A DNA stretch of 63,825 nt, filler included, from Actinomycetota bacterium (GTDB lineage Bacteria > Actinomycetota > CADDZG01 > JAHWKV01 > JAOPZY01): the NCBI GenBank assembly GCA_025963875.1. It is 3 parts of 3 records of this genome, joined end to end, with 100 filler letters (N's around TTAATTAATTAA, not from the genome) between each part and the next. Parts side by side here need not be neighbours in the genome. Positions count along the whole stretch, not along the records: positions 1 to 27,734 come from JAOPZY010000187.1; 2 more parts are not named here. One strand, given 5' to 3'. Each line of letters starts with the position of its first letter. Position 1 is the first letter of the stretch. The translations under genes were made by a program, and so were the position numbers. The notes beneath the pieces are model-generated. The model searched no databases, was not told the DNA's origin, and worked only from the letters and a program-made list of their open reading frames with translations. This document shows positions 9,749 through 19,113 of this stretch, one piece after another.

Positions 9749-10876
9749 GTGACCACTCGGGACGGCGACGGCTCGAGCAGCCCCCGTGACCTGGAGGGCC
9801 AGCTCCAACGAGCCGGCATCCCCTGCGCCATCGTCCACACCCCGACCAAGCGGCTGGTCGCCGCCAACGCCGAGTTCGCATCGCTGGTCAATGTGGAGGC
9901 TCCCCTCCTGGAGGACGTCGAGTTTCTCTCGCTGTTCCGCCCCGAGCGGCGGGCGCTGCCCGAGGCGATCCTGTCGGGTGTTGCCGAGGGCCTCATTCAG
10001 TTCTGCCAGGGGCGGGCGCATCTGGACCTGCGGCTCGAAGGCGAGCTCCCTGTATCGGGTTGGGTGCGGTCCATGCCGGGGGGACGTGCCCTCGTCGCGC
10101 TCGTCCCCGCCGGCGCCGAGCCTCCCGAGGGTTCGCCGTGCCACCCGCTGACGTCCGGACCTGGCGGCTTCCGCCTCGTTCTCGGGGCAGTGGACCACGA
10201 ATGGCGCTTCAACGAGTTGAGCCCCGATGCAACGACGTGGTTCGGTTGGAACCTCGAGGCGTACCGGGGCAGGCCGCTGCAGTCGGTGGTCCACCCCGAC
10301 GATGCCCCCCTCCTCCTGCTGGCCCTCGGACGCTCCGGTGTGGACCGCCGGGCGGTCGCCACCATGGTCCGGGTGCGGTCGGAATCCCCGTCTCCTCCGG
10401 TGGGGCCTTCGGAGGGATCTGCGGAAGGTTCTGCGAATGCCGTCTGGGTGCCGGTTCGCTGCGAGTTGAGCCCGCTGTGCGACCACAACCCGCCCCGTTT
10501 CGCCGTGGCCATGTGGGTCCTCGACACCGACGGCGACTCCGAGTCCGCCGAGCAGCGAGCCGCCCGCTTCGAGGACCACCTCTGGCGCATCGCCCTCGAG
10601 ATCGCCGCGGCGGGGATCGGCGACGCCCCCGCCTCCGGCGAGATGTGGTGGGGCGATCCCGCCCTGCGCGAGCTGTCCCAGCGCCAGCTGGAGATCCTGC
10701 GCCGCCTGCTGCGCGGCGAGCGCGTGCCCACGATCGCCCGGGAGCTGTTCCTCAGCCAGAGCACGGTGCGCAACCACCTGTCTGCGATCTACCGCCGCCT
10801 TGGGGTCCACTCCCAGGCCGAGCTCCTCGCCCGCCTGCTCCCCACCCGGCCGCCCTCCGACCTCGAGGACGAGTAG
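9749..10876 (+). CDS. PAS-domain LuxR-type HTH regulator, copy 2
   Basis: same architecture and near-identical C-terminal half as copy 1; start uncertain (GTG 9749; ORF open from 9662). Confidence 0.85.
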   Translation: MTTRDGDGSSSPRDLEGQLQRAGIPCAIVHTPTKRLVAANAEFASLVNVEAPLLEDVEFLSLFRPERRALPEAILSGVAEGLIQFCQGRAHLDLRLEGELPVSGWVRSMPGGRALVALVPAGAEPPEGSPCHPLTSGPGGFRLVLGAVDHEWRFNELSPDATTWFGWNLEAYRGRPLQSVVHPDDAPLLLLALGRSGVDRRAVATMVRVRSESPSPPVGPSEGSAEGSANAVWVPVRCELSPLCDHNPPRFAVAMWVLDTDGDSESAEQRAARFEDHLWRIALEIAAAGIGDAPASGEMWWGDPALRELSQRQLEILRRLLRGERVPTIARELFLSQSTVRNHLSAIYRRLGVHSQAELLARLLPTRPPSDLEDE

Positions 10877-10915
10877 GCCCCAACCAAGCCATCGGCGGCG
10901 CCCGTCCCTGAAGCC

Positions 10916-10932
10916 TCTCAGGCTCCTCTCAG
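10916..10932 (+). promoter_or_regulatory. TCTCAG-N5-TCTCAG OmpR-family (MprA-box-like) site
   Basis: exact hexamer direct repeat with 11-bp period, 58 bp upstream of the ATG at 10990. Confidence 0.65.
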
Positions 10933-10989
10933 GGTGGGTTGGGCAGAGTTGGACGCGTCCCTCGTCCGGCTCACCTGCAAGGAGGTCCC

Positions 10990-11292
10990 ATGAGGCTCCC
11001 GATCAAGATTGCCATCCCTGCCACGGCCGTCGGCGCCTTGGTCGTCGGTGGGTGGGCCCTGCTCCCGGCAGCCACGTCCGGCGCCTCGGCGCCCAAGGTG
11101 GCCACGCCGATCGTGGCGCCCATGGCCCCCGTGGCTCCCGCGCAGACCCCGACCCCCGAGCCGACGTCCACGGCGTCGGAGTCGCCCGAGCCGGCCACCC
11201 CCGAGCCCGCCGGCGACACCTACGCGGATCCTCCCGGCCAGGCCGTGAACCACGAGTGCCCGCCCGCCTGCGGTCCAGGCGAAACGCCGTAG
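10990..11292 (+). CDS. small secreted Pro/Thr-rich protein ending in HECPPAC
   Basis: RBS AAGGAGG, signal-peptide-like N-terminus, low-complexity body. Confidence 0.7.
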   Translation: MRLPIKIAIPATAVGALVVGGWALLPAATSGASAPKVATPIVAPMAPVAPAQTPTPEPTSTASESPEPATPEPAGDTYADPPGQAVNHECPPACGPGETP

Positions 11293-11315
11293 GGGGGAGT
11301 GGAAGAGTAGGGCGG

Positions 11316-11373
11316 GACTCGGTAGGCGAGTTCCCCCGGGTTAGACCCCCTGGGGGAGCTCGCCTACCAAGTC
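11316..11373. terminator. long hairpin between convergent genes
   Basis: GGTAGGCGAGTTCCCCC ... GGGGGAGCTCGCCTACC inverted repeat. Confidence 0.7.
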
Positions 11374-14049
11374 TTACAGGTCCCGGATCAGCTCCGTCAC
11401 CGGGCGCCGGCTGGCGGCCAGGCTCGTCGCCCCGGCGCCCAGGGCCGCCAGCGCGATCACCACCGCCAGGCCCCCGAGGCCTCGCCACGGCACCGCCAGG
11501 GACTCGGGCGGAGGGTCGAACACTCCCGTCAGGATCTTGACGAGGGTGAACGACAGCGCCCATCCGGCAAGCGCCCCGGCGACGGCCCCGCCGGCCGTCA
11601 CGAACGCTGTCTCGCTCCACACGAAGGCCCCCACCTGCCGCCGCTTGGCACCGAGGGCCGTGACGATGGCGAACATGCGGCGGCGCTCGGCCAGTCCGAG
11701 GGCCAGGACGAGGCCCGCGGCAGCCGCGGCGAGGATGACGGCGAAGGCAAGCTCGACGGTTGTCAGGCTGCCCAGGTCGAGCGCCGTGAGCCCCGAGAGG
11801 GTCGTGGCGAGCTCGGTGGCGATGTCGGTCACGTCCACACCCGCGCCACTCGCGCCCGTGGCGAGGAGGCCACGGACGCCTGCCGCCACGCCGCCGGGTG
11901 CGGAGGTGCGCACCAGGATGGCCTGGGCGGCCGGGGACCCCGTCGCCTGCGCCACATACGGCGCATTGGCGATGAGGAACGAGTCCCGGGGAGCGGTCGG
12001 GAACTCCCGGACGACCCCGATGAAGTGGAAGGGCACCGGATGGTACGCGCCGTCGGCGGCGGACTGCAGGCGGAGGCGGACGAGGTCGCCCCGACTGAGC
12101 TGGAAGTCCTTCATCGTCTCTTCCGACACGAGGAGGCCGTCCGGGGTCGCCCGCAGGGCCGCGAGTGCCTGCCGGGCGGTCAGCCCGGAGAAGTAGGCAT
12201 CCGAGAGGGTGGTCGCCGAGCCGATCGCCGCCGGGTTCACCCCGAACAGGTCCTGCAGGTCATTGCCCACGTAGACGTGGCGGCGCTGCAGCGGCTCCGC
12301 GGCAGCCACCTTGGGCAGCCCCCGCACCCGGCCCAGGAGACCGTCCGGGACGCCGGTCGTGGCGCTGCGAGCGGTGATGGCGACGTCGGCGCCGTTGGTG
12401 AGCTGGGCGTCCACCCTCGCCTGCGCCGAATACGTCGTGTTGAAGACGGCGGTCGAGACGGCGAACGCGGCGCTCAGGGCGAGGATGATCAGTCCCCGTG
12501 ACAGGACCCGGCGCTGGCGGACCATCGACCCCGTGGCCACGCCGGCGAGGCCCCCGGCAAGCGGTCGGGCGAGGGCGGCCAACGGCCGGCGCCCCTTCGT
12601 GAGAGCGAGGTGACCGAGCCGCCAGACGAGCAGGGCGCCGCCGACCCAGAACAGCAACGGCGCCAGCAGGGTGAAGTAGGACACCGAGATCGTGGGGACG
12701 CCCTCGGGGACGACGACCACCTGGTAGGCGTTGCGGGTCGCCTGCCAGAAGACTGCCCCTCCGAGCGCCAGGGCGATCAGGTCGAGGTACAACCGCGCCC
12801 AGAGCGGATCCCGGGGCCGTCCCACGGCCCCGCGGGCGGCGGCGACCGTGAGCAGGCGGGTGTCCCTCCACGCCGGCAGCAGGACGGCCGCCAGCGCCAG
12901 CGCGAACCCCGCCGCGGCTGCGGCGCCGGCCCAGCCCAGCGCCTGGGAGGCCGTCGTCCCCAGCCGCCAGGTCCCGAAGGCCAGCCGTGCCGCCAGGGCC
13001 GCACCCGCGAGGCCGGCCGCGACGCCGACGGCGCCGGTGAGGACCGCCTCGGCCGCAGCCAGCCGGACGATGGCGGCCGGCGAGGCTCCCCGGATCCGCA
13101 GCAGCGCCTGCTCCCGCCGGCGGCGGGATCTCCCGGCCGACCCCGCCACGCCTGCCAGGAGGGCGGCCACCACGACCCCCGGGACGCCGAGGAGCAGGAA
13201 CAGGAGCTGCACGTAGACGGCGTCGCTCCGGGCGGCGTCGAGGCGGGCGGCCAGGTTGTTGCCGACCACGGCCTGGCCGGTCATGCGCACCTCGAGGTTG
13301 TGGGCGCGGGCGGTGACCTGGGTGAACGCCGACGTCGGATCGGGCAGGAGCGCCCGGGACAGGGCCACGTGGATCTGGGTCCGCACCGCCTCGGGGTGGG
13401 CGGGGGCGACGGGTGTGAACGCCTGACTCCACAGCGCTTCCGGCAGGAGGACGACGTTGTCCGGCGGCGCCTGGGCTCCGGTGCCCGCCGGGGCGCCGAC
13501 CGACTGGAACAGCGAGTCCGCGGCGGGCAGGTCGACGACGCCCGCCACGGTCGTGGAGACCGCCGCCATCCCCGGGCGGCCGATGTCGATCACGGTGCCG
13601 GGAGCCGCATGCAGGTTGGCGGCGGTCTGCTGGCTGAGCATCGTGCCCGATGCCGTCCCCACCAGCACCCGGATCTCGCCCGGGAAGGTTGCGCCGTAGT
13701 CGGCCGGTAGCCCGAGCACCTTTCCCGTGCCGGTGCTCTGCTGGGTATCGCCGGTCGTGGCGTGGATGCCCGTCGTGTCGGCGTAGCCGACCTGGCGCAG
13801 GGCAGTCACGCCCGGCACGGCGGCGATGACCCGCTGCGCCGCCGCAGGGTCGCTGCCGGCCGACAGCAGGACCTGCCAGTCCACGGGGACCGAGGCGGCC
13901 GCCTGGCGCGTCATCCGGGCCTTGCTCACGCTGAAGAAGGAGCCGAGGGTTGCGAGGATCGCCACGGCGACGCCCACCGCGAGTGCGGCCCCCGTCAGGC
14001 GCAGGGGCCGCCGCCGGACCAGTCCCGACAGCCAGCTCGGGGCTAGCAA
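11374..14049 (-). CDS. FtsX-like (MacB/LolE-type) ABC transporter permease with duplicated halves
   Basis: 891 aa, two TM clusters with RRREQALLRIRGAS and ERRRMFAIVTALGA motifs; follows two ATPases. Confidence 0.85.
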   Translation of the reverse strand: MLAPSWLSGLVRRRPLRLTGAALAVGVAVAILATLGSFFSVSKARMTRQAAASVPVDWQVLLSAGSDPAAAQRVIAAVPGVTALRQVGYADTTGIHATTGDTQQSTGTGKVLGLPADYGATFPGEIRVLVGTASGTMLSQQTAANLHAAPGTVIDIGRPGMAAVSTTVAGVVDLPAADSLFQSVGAPAGTGAQAPPDNVVLLPEALWSQAFTPVAPAHPEAVRTQIHVALSRALLPDPTSAFTQVTARAHNLEVRMTGQAVVGNNLAARLDAARSDAVYVQLLFLLLGVPGVVVAALLAGVAGSAGRSRRRREQALLRIRGASPAAIVRLAAAEAVLTGAVGVAAGLAGAALAARLAFGTWRLGTTASQALGWAGAAAAAGFALALAAVLLPAWRDTRLLTVAAARGAVGRPRDPLWARLYLDLIALALGGAVFWQATRNAYQVVVVPEGVPTISVSYFTLLAPLLFWVGGALLVWRLGHLALTKGRRPLAALARPLAGGLAGVATGSMVRQRRVLSRGLIILALSAAFAVSTAVFNTTYSAQARVDAQLTNGADVAITARSATTGVPDGLLGRVRGLPKVAAAEPLQRRHVYVGNDLQDLFGVNPAAIGSATTLSDAYFSGLTARQALAALRATPDGLLVSEETMKDFQLSRGDLVRLRLQSAADGAYHPVPFHFIGVVREFPTAPRDSFLIANAPYVAQATGSPAAQAILVRTSAPGGVAAGVRGLLATGASGAGVDVTDIATELATTLSGLTALDLGSLTTVELAFAVILAAAAAGLVLALGLAERRRMFAIVTALGAKRRQVGAFVWSETAFVTAGGAVAGALAGWALSFTLVKILTGVFDPPPESLAVPWRGLGGLAVVIALAALGAGATSLAASRRPVTELIRDL

Positions 14050-14082
14050 TTGACGCCCAGGTTTTCCTGGTCGAGGCAGTAG

Positions 14083-14123
14083 ATTCCGTCAAAAAGGGCC
14101 GTGGGTCCACTTTTTGACGGAAA
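14083..14123. repeat. dispersed 12-N17-12 palindrome, copy 1
   Basis: ATTCCGTCAAAA-N17-TTTTGACGGAAA; outer arms extend to GAGGCAGT...ACTGCCTC. Confidence 0.75.
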
Positions 14124-14199
14124 CTGCCTCGCGGATGTCTGCGAGGATGCGCGCGTGAGCGTCCTCTGGCACGGGGGGCGAAGGGTCGTGGTCACGGCA

Positions 14200-14847
14200 C
14201 TAGCACTCCAGGTGTCCGCCGTCGATCGACCAGCGCTCCGGGAGCCGGGTTGCGACGGCCGGGTCGTGGGTGGCCAGCACCAGCGCCGAGCCCGCCGCCT
14301 CGACGCACGCGAGCAGTGCGTCCACCAATCGGCGGGCGCCCTCGCGGTCCTGCTGGCCGGTCGGCTCGTCGGCGAGGATCAGCGCCGGCGCCCCGGCGAG
14401 GGCGCGGGCGAGGGCGGCCCGCTGGGCCTGGCCGCCCGACACCTCCTCGGGCAGCTTGGACGCGCAGTCCCAGAGGTCGAAGCGGCGCATGAGGTCCTCC
14501 GCCTCCCGGTCGGCGGCGGCTGCGTCCGCACCTGCGAGCAGCAGCGGCAGCGCCACGTTCTCGGCCATGGTGAGGGGATCGAGCAGGCTCCGGCCCTGGA
14601 ACGCCACGCCTACCTGGCCGGGGCGAAGGCCGGCGGCGGGGCCGAGGGCCGGCCATTCGATCTTGCCGGCCGTCGGGTGGTCGAGGGCCGCCATGAGGTG
14701 GAGGAGCGTGGACTTCCCGCTGCCCGACGGCCCGACCAGCGCCACGAGCTGGCCCCGCTCGATCTCGAAGGAGGCGTCGAGGACCGCCGTCTCGCCGCCC
14801 GGGAACGCCCTGGTGAGCCCGATCGCCCGGACCAGGGTGTCATGCAT
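14200..14847 (-). CDS. ABC transporter ATP-binding protein (LolD/MacB-like)
   Basis: GPSGSGKST, VSGGQAQR, ILADEPTG; ATG at 14847 overlaps the upstream gene stop. Confidence 0.9.
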   Translation of the reverse strand: MHDTLVRAIGLTRAFPGGETAVLDASFEIERGQLVALVGPSGSGKSTLLHLMAALDHPTAGKIEWPALGPAAGLRPGQVGVAFQGRSLLDPLTMAENVALPLLLAGADAAAADREAEDLMRRFDLWDCASKLPEEVSGGQAQRAALARALAGAPALILADEPTGQQDREGARRLVDALLACVEAAGSALVLATHDPAVATRLPERWSIDGGHLEC

Positions 14848-15526
14848 CGGCGATCCGCCCGTCGACGATGCGCACGACCCGGTCCGAGCCTGCCGCCACC
14901 CGGGTGCTGTGCGTGGCCACGAGGACAGCCCGGCCCGCCTCGACCCTGTGGCGGAGGAGCTCCAGCACCCGTTGCTCGTTGGCCCCGTCGACCTCGGCGG
15001 TGGGCTCGTCGGCCAGCAGGATCTCCGGGTCGTTGGCCAGGGCGACGGCCAGGCCTGCCCGGGCGGCTTCGCCACCGGACAGCGTCGAGGGGCGGGCGCC
15101 GGCCCGCCCGGTAAGGCCCACACCGGCGAGCAGCTCCGCAGGGGCGGCCTGGTGGGATCCCTCCCGGGGGCCTGCCAGCGACTGCGCCAGAGCGATGTTG
15201 CCCGCCACGGTCAGATGCTCGATGAGATTGCCCGATTGCAGGAGCACCCCGATGTGCCGGGCACGCAGCGTCGCCCGGTGGGACTCGGGGCGGCGGGTGA
15301 GCCGGGCTCCGGCGACGACGACGTGGCCACCGTCGGGCTCGTCGAGGCCGGCAAGGCACGCCATCAACGTCGACTTGCCGCTCCCGGAGGGGCCGACGAC
15401 CGCGACCATCTCGCCGCGGTGCACCGAGAGCGAGACACCCCGCAACGCCGCAGTCTCCTCGTCACCCGTGTGGTAGAAGCGGTAGAGCTCGTGGGCGGTG
15501 AGGGCCGGTCCCGGCGCTAGACCCAC
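14840..15526 (-). CDS. ABC transporter ATP-binding protein (LolD/MacB-like)
   Basis: GPSGSGKST, LSGGEAAR, LLADEPTA; GTG at 15526 overlaps the lipoprotein stop. Confidence 0.9.
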   Translation of the reverse strand: MGLAPGPALTAHELYRFYHTGDEETAALRGVSLSVHRGEMVAVVGPSGSGKSTLMACLAGLDEPDGGHVVVAGARLTRRPESHRATLRARHIGVLLQSGNLIEHLTVAGNIALAQSLAGPREGSHQAAPAELLAGVGLTGRAGARPSTLSGGEAARAGLAVALANDPEILLADEPTAEVDGANEQRVLELLRHRVEAGRAVLVATHSTRVAAGSDRVVRIVDGRIADA

Positions 15527-16179
15527 GCAAAGCTCTTGACAACCGTGGCCCACGGGTCGACGTTGTCGGCGCCGGCCGGGGAGGACAGCGTGATGACGGC
15601 CTCGCTGCCCGACCTCCAGAGTTCGTAGCGCACCACGTCGAGCAGGTACTGCTTGCCGGTCACCGGGTTCGGTTCGCTGTTGGCCTTGTGGGTGATCTCG
15701 ACCGCTGCGCCGGCCGGCAGGGTGAGGGCGCTCACGTTGCCGAGCCGGAACGCCCGCTCGGACTGCTGGAGCCGTGGCACCTCCTGCGAGGTGGCGCTCT
15801 GCACCGTGGGCGCAGCCGCGGCCGGCGTCCACGTGACGTTGATCATGTTGGTCGTCCCGGTGTAGGTCACCGAGGAGCTGCCCGACTGCTCTGCCCAACC
15901 CTCCGGAGCCTTGATCGTGAAGTGCCCGGTGTCGGACCGGTGGGCGACGAACTGCGTTGTGTCGGGGATGTCACCCGGGACTGCCGAGTCGACGGGGGCG
16001 GGCTTCTCGGTGGGGGAGGCCCCCGGCGCGGCAGCGGTCGACGTGGTGGCGGGTGTGGTCGCGGCTGGCGTCGTCCCGGCCGGCGAGGACGGCGTCGTCG
16101 ACTTGGGCGCCGTCTTGGCGCAGGCCCCCAGGAAGGCGACGAGAGCGACGACGGCGAGGATCCGGTGGGTTGTCTTCAT
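15517..16179 (-). CDS. lipoprotein, possibly PsbP/Mog1-like fold
   Basis: lipobox LGAC, Thr/Pro linker, FTIKAPEGW motif; first gene of the ABC operon. Confidence 0.7.
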   Translation of the reverse strand: MKTTHRILAVVALVAFLGACAKTAPKSTTPSSPAGTTPAATTPATTSTAAAPGASPTEKPAPVDSAVPGDIPDTTQFVAHRSDTGHFTIKAPEGWAEQSGSSSVTYTGTTNMINVTWTPAAAAPTVQSATSQEVPRLQQSERAFRLGNVSALTLPAGAAVEITHKANSEPNPVTGKQYLLDVVRYELWRSGSEAVITLSSPAGADNVDPWATVVKSFAWV

Positions 16180-16206
16180 GCCTGGCATCACTTTCGTGAT
16201 GGCGGG

Positions 16207-16271
16207 ATGAGAGGAGGATGAGAATTCCGCCGGTGGGCGAGACTCTCACCTGGTTCTCATGGCGGTCTCAT
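16207..16271. promoter_or_regulatory. divergent arrays of TCTCA(T/C)-N5 direct repeats (OmpR-family sites)
   Basis: ATGAGA-N5-ATGAGA at 16207-16223 (minus orientation); TCTCAC-N5-TCTCAT-N5-TCTCAT at 16244-16271. Confidence 0.68.
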
Positions 16272-16299
16272 CCAAGCTTGCGAAACTGGCGGGAGAGCG

Positions 16300-16974
16300 A
16301 TGCGGATCCTGCTGGTGGAAGACGAGATCAAGATGGCGCGTGCCATCCGGCGCGGCCTGGAGCAGGAGGGCTACGCCGTCGACGCCGTGGGCGACGGCGA
16401 GGAGGCGTTGTTCCGGGCCACCGAGTCCGACTACGACGGCATCGTGCTCGACCTCATGCTGCCCGGCATGGACGGGTTCGCCGTGTGCAGGACGCTGCGC
16501 TCCCGGGACCGGTGGGCGCCCGTGCTCGTGCTGACGGCCCGTGACGCCGTCGCGGACCGTATCCGGGGCCTCGATGCGGGGGCCGACGACTACCTCGTCA
16601 AGCCCTTCGCCTTCGGCGAGCTGCTGGCGCGCCTCCGGGCGTTGGTCCGGCGGGGACCCGGGGCGCGCCCGGCCGTGCTGGAGGTGGGCGATGTCAGCCT
16701 CGACCCGGCGGCCCACCGGGTCCTGCGGGCCGGGCAGGTCGTCGAGCTGTCGGCCAGGGAGTTCGCCCTCCTGGAGTACCTCATGCGCCATGCCGGTGAG
16801 GTGGTCAGCCGCACCCGGATCCTCGACCATGTGTGGGACTACAACTACGACGGTCTCTCCAACGTCGTGGACGTCTACGTCGGGTACCTGCGCCGCAAGC
16901 TGGGGACGGCCCCGGATGGCAGCGAGCCTTTCATCCGCACCGTGCGCGGTGTGGGCTACGTGGTCGGCTCGTAG
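16300..16974 (+). CDS. OmpR-family response regulator
   Basis: LLVEDE, LDLMLP, DYLVKPF, winged helix NVVDVYVGYLRRKL, TVRGVGY. Confidence 0.95.
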   Translation: MRILLVEDEIKMARAIRRGLEQEGYAVDAVGDGEEALFRATESDYDGIVLDLMLPGMDGFAVCRTLRSRDRWAPVLVLTARDAVADRIRGLDAGADDYLVKPFAFGELLARLRALVRRGPGARPAVLEVGDVSLDPAAHRVLRAGQVVELSAREFALLEYLMRHAGEVVSRTRILDHVWDYNYDGLSNVVDVYVGYLRRKLGTAPDGSEPFIRTVRGVGYVVGS

Positions 16975-18390
16975 GTGCCGTCGCGGCTCCCGTATCCCAG
17001 GTCGCTTCCCATCAGGGCACGGCTGACCGCCTGGTACGTGGGGCTTCTCGCAACGATCCTGACGGCGGTGGGGGTGTTCCTGCCGCTTCGGCTCAGCCGG
17101 GATCTCGTCGCGGGCATCGACCGGACGCTCGACGCGGGGGCGGCACAGATCTCACCGGCCAACCAGGAGACCGAGGTGGGGTTCCAGGACGCCAGCGATG
17201 CCTCGCTGGCTGGGCTCACCGGCGGCGAGACCGCCGCCCAGACGATCTCCGTCACCGGCACCGTCGTGCTGCATTCGGGCGACCCGGCATCGCAGTCGGC
17301 GATGCTCCCGCCGGCATCGGTGGCGAGGGTGCTCGCCGGGGCACACCTGCGGACGAGCCTCCGGGTCGGCACCGACCACGAGGCGTTCCGCGTGCTCGCC
17401 CTGCCGCTCGGCGCCGGCCCGGGTCGCCAGGTGCTCGTGGTCGCCAGCTCGCTGGACGAGGTGGACCAGTCGGTGCACCGGCTCCGGGTGCTGCTCCTCG
17501 CCGTCGTCCCGGCGGCGCTGCTCGCCGCGGCCGGCGGCGGGTGGTGGCTGGCCCGCAAGGCGCTGCGCCCGGTTGCGGAGATCACCCGCCAGGCCGGCGC
17601 CATCGGGGTGGAGCAGCTGCACGAACGGGTGCCGGCGCCTTCGACGACCGACGAAGTCGCCGGCCTGGCCACGACCATCAACGCCATGCTCGAGCGCATC
17701 GAGCACGGGGTGCGGGAGAAGCGCCGGTTCCTGGCCGACGCCTCGCACGAGCTGCGCACGCCGCTCGCGGTGATGCGCTCCGAGATCGAGGTCAGCCTCC
17801 GAAGCGACGACCTCGAGCCGGCCGCACGGGACGTGCTCGTCAGCAACGCCGAGGAGGTCGAGCGCATGAGTCGCATCGTCGACGACCTTCTGACGCTGGC
17901 CCGGATCGACGAGGGCCGCCTCGAGCTGGCCCGCAGCCGTGTCGACCTCGGCGCCGTCGCCGCGGATGTGGCCGCCAGCCTTCGCCCGCTCGCGGAGGCC
18001 CAGGGCGTCCCGGTGACAGTCTCGGGCGGTGAGGTGGGGGCGCAGGTGGACGCCGACCCGGAGCACCTGCGGCGGGCGGTGCGGAACCTGGTCGAGAACG
18101 CAGTGAAGTACACCGGGGGGGGCGGCAAGGTGGGTGTGGAGGTGTGGCGGCGCAACGGGGAGGCGGGCCTCACGGTGACCGACACCGGACCGGGGATCCC
18201 GGAGGCGCTCCTCGAGCGGATCTTCGACCGCTTCGTCCGGGTGGACACGGCCCGGTCCCGGTCCACGGGAGGAAGCGGGCTCGGCCTCTCCATCACGCGC
18301 GAGATCGTCGAAGCCCACGGCGGCCGGGTGTGGGCCGAGAGCACGCCGGGGGAGGGCAGCGCCTTCTCGATGGGTTTCCCGCTGGTGTGA
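16975..18390 (+). CDS. HAMP sensor histidine kinase
   Basis: two TM helices, H-box DASHELRTPL, NLVENAVKY, DTGPGI, GSGLGL. Confidence 0.95.
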   Translation: MPSRLPYPRSLPIRARLTAWYVGLLATILTAVGVFLPLRLSRDLVAGIDRTLDAGAAQISPANQETEVGFQDASDASLAGLTGGETAAQTISVTGTVVLHSGDPASQSAMLPPASVARVLAGAHLRTSLRVGTDHEAFRVLALPLGAGPGRQVLVVASSLDEVDQSVHRLRVLLLAVVPAALLAAAGGGWWLARKALRPVAEITRQAGAIGVEQLHERVPAPSTTDEVAGLATTINAMLERIEHGVREKRRFLADASHELRTPLAVMRSEIEVSLRSDDLEPAARDVLVSNAEEVERMSRIVDDLLTLARIDEGRLELARSRVDLGAVAADVAASLRPLAEAQGVPVTVSGGEVGAQVDADPEHLRRAVRNLVENAVKYTGGGGKVGVEVWRRNGEAGLTVTDTGPGIPEALLERIFDRFVRVDTARSRSTGGSGLGLSITREIVEAHGGRVWAESTPGEGSAFSMGFPLV

Positions 18391-18691
18391 AAGCCTGACG
18401 GGCCGGCAATCTCTCTGGTCCAACGGCGATCCGCTTCAATAACACCGACCACCATGAGTGGCGGCGCTCGGTCTTCTACGATGCCCCGCCGGGATTCTTT
18501 GTTTGCTTCACCGCGCTCTAGGCGGTAGGACAAGCAAAGAAATTTTCTGCCCCTGCGGGAACCGGCTGGAAACCGGACAAGTCGCCTCCATTGTGCCGTT
18601 TTGAAACTCCGGGCGACCACCCAGAGTGAGCGCGCGACTGATTCGGGTCACCGGTCCATAGCCGGGCCGCCGTAAGTAAGGGTATTGAGGG

Positions 18692-19027
18692 CTAGTCGTC
18701 CGTGTGCCTGGGATCCTCCTCCTCGGCCACAGCGGCCGGGATGCCCGGACGCTTCTCCACAACCAGGAATCGCCCCTCGTCCTCGACGACCCGCTCGATC
18801 TCGACCACCAGGTGCTCCGGGGCCAGCGCGAAACGGCGAGGATCCTCACGCACCCCTTCGTATTCCTCGAGGGTCATGGGCACGACGTGCTCGCAATCTG
18901 CCCTGCCGCATTCGCACAGCATCGGGACGTAACCCTCATGACCCGCCTCCTCGTGGGCGGCCTCGATGTCTTCGTTCAGATCCCGGGCCACTGCCTCGTT
19001 GAGGGCCGCCTGCTTCTCCCATCCCAT
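18692..19027 (-). CDS. hypothetical protein with CECG-x3-C motif
   Basis: RBS GGAGGGGG; NEAVARDLNE...CECGRADC...YEGVR...FALAPEH pattern I recall from small soil-Actinomycetota proteins. Confidence 0.7.
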   Translation of the reverse strand: MGWEKQAALNEAVARDLNEDIEAAHEEAGHEGYVPMLCECGRADCEHVVPMTLEEYEGVREDPRRFALAPEHLVVEIERVVEDEGRFLVVEKRPGIPAAVAEEEDPRHTDD

Positions 19028-19113
19028 CGCCGATCCCCCTCCGTCGTCGCTGGAATGATGTTCCATCTTCGACTGCCGGAAGGCAAGCGCGGCCAAATAG
19101 GCTTGACCGTTTA

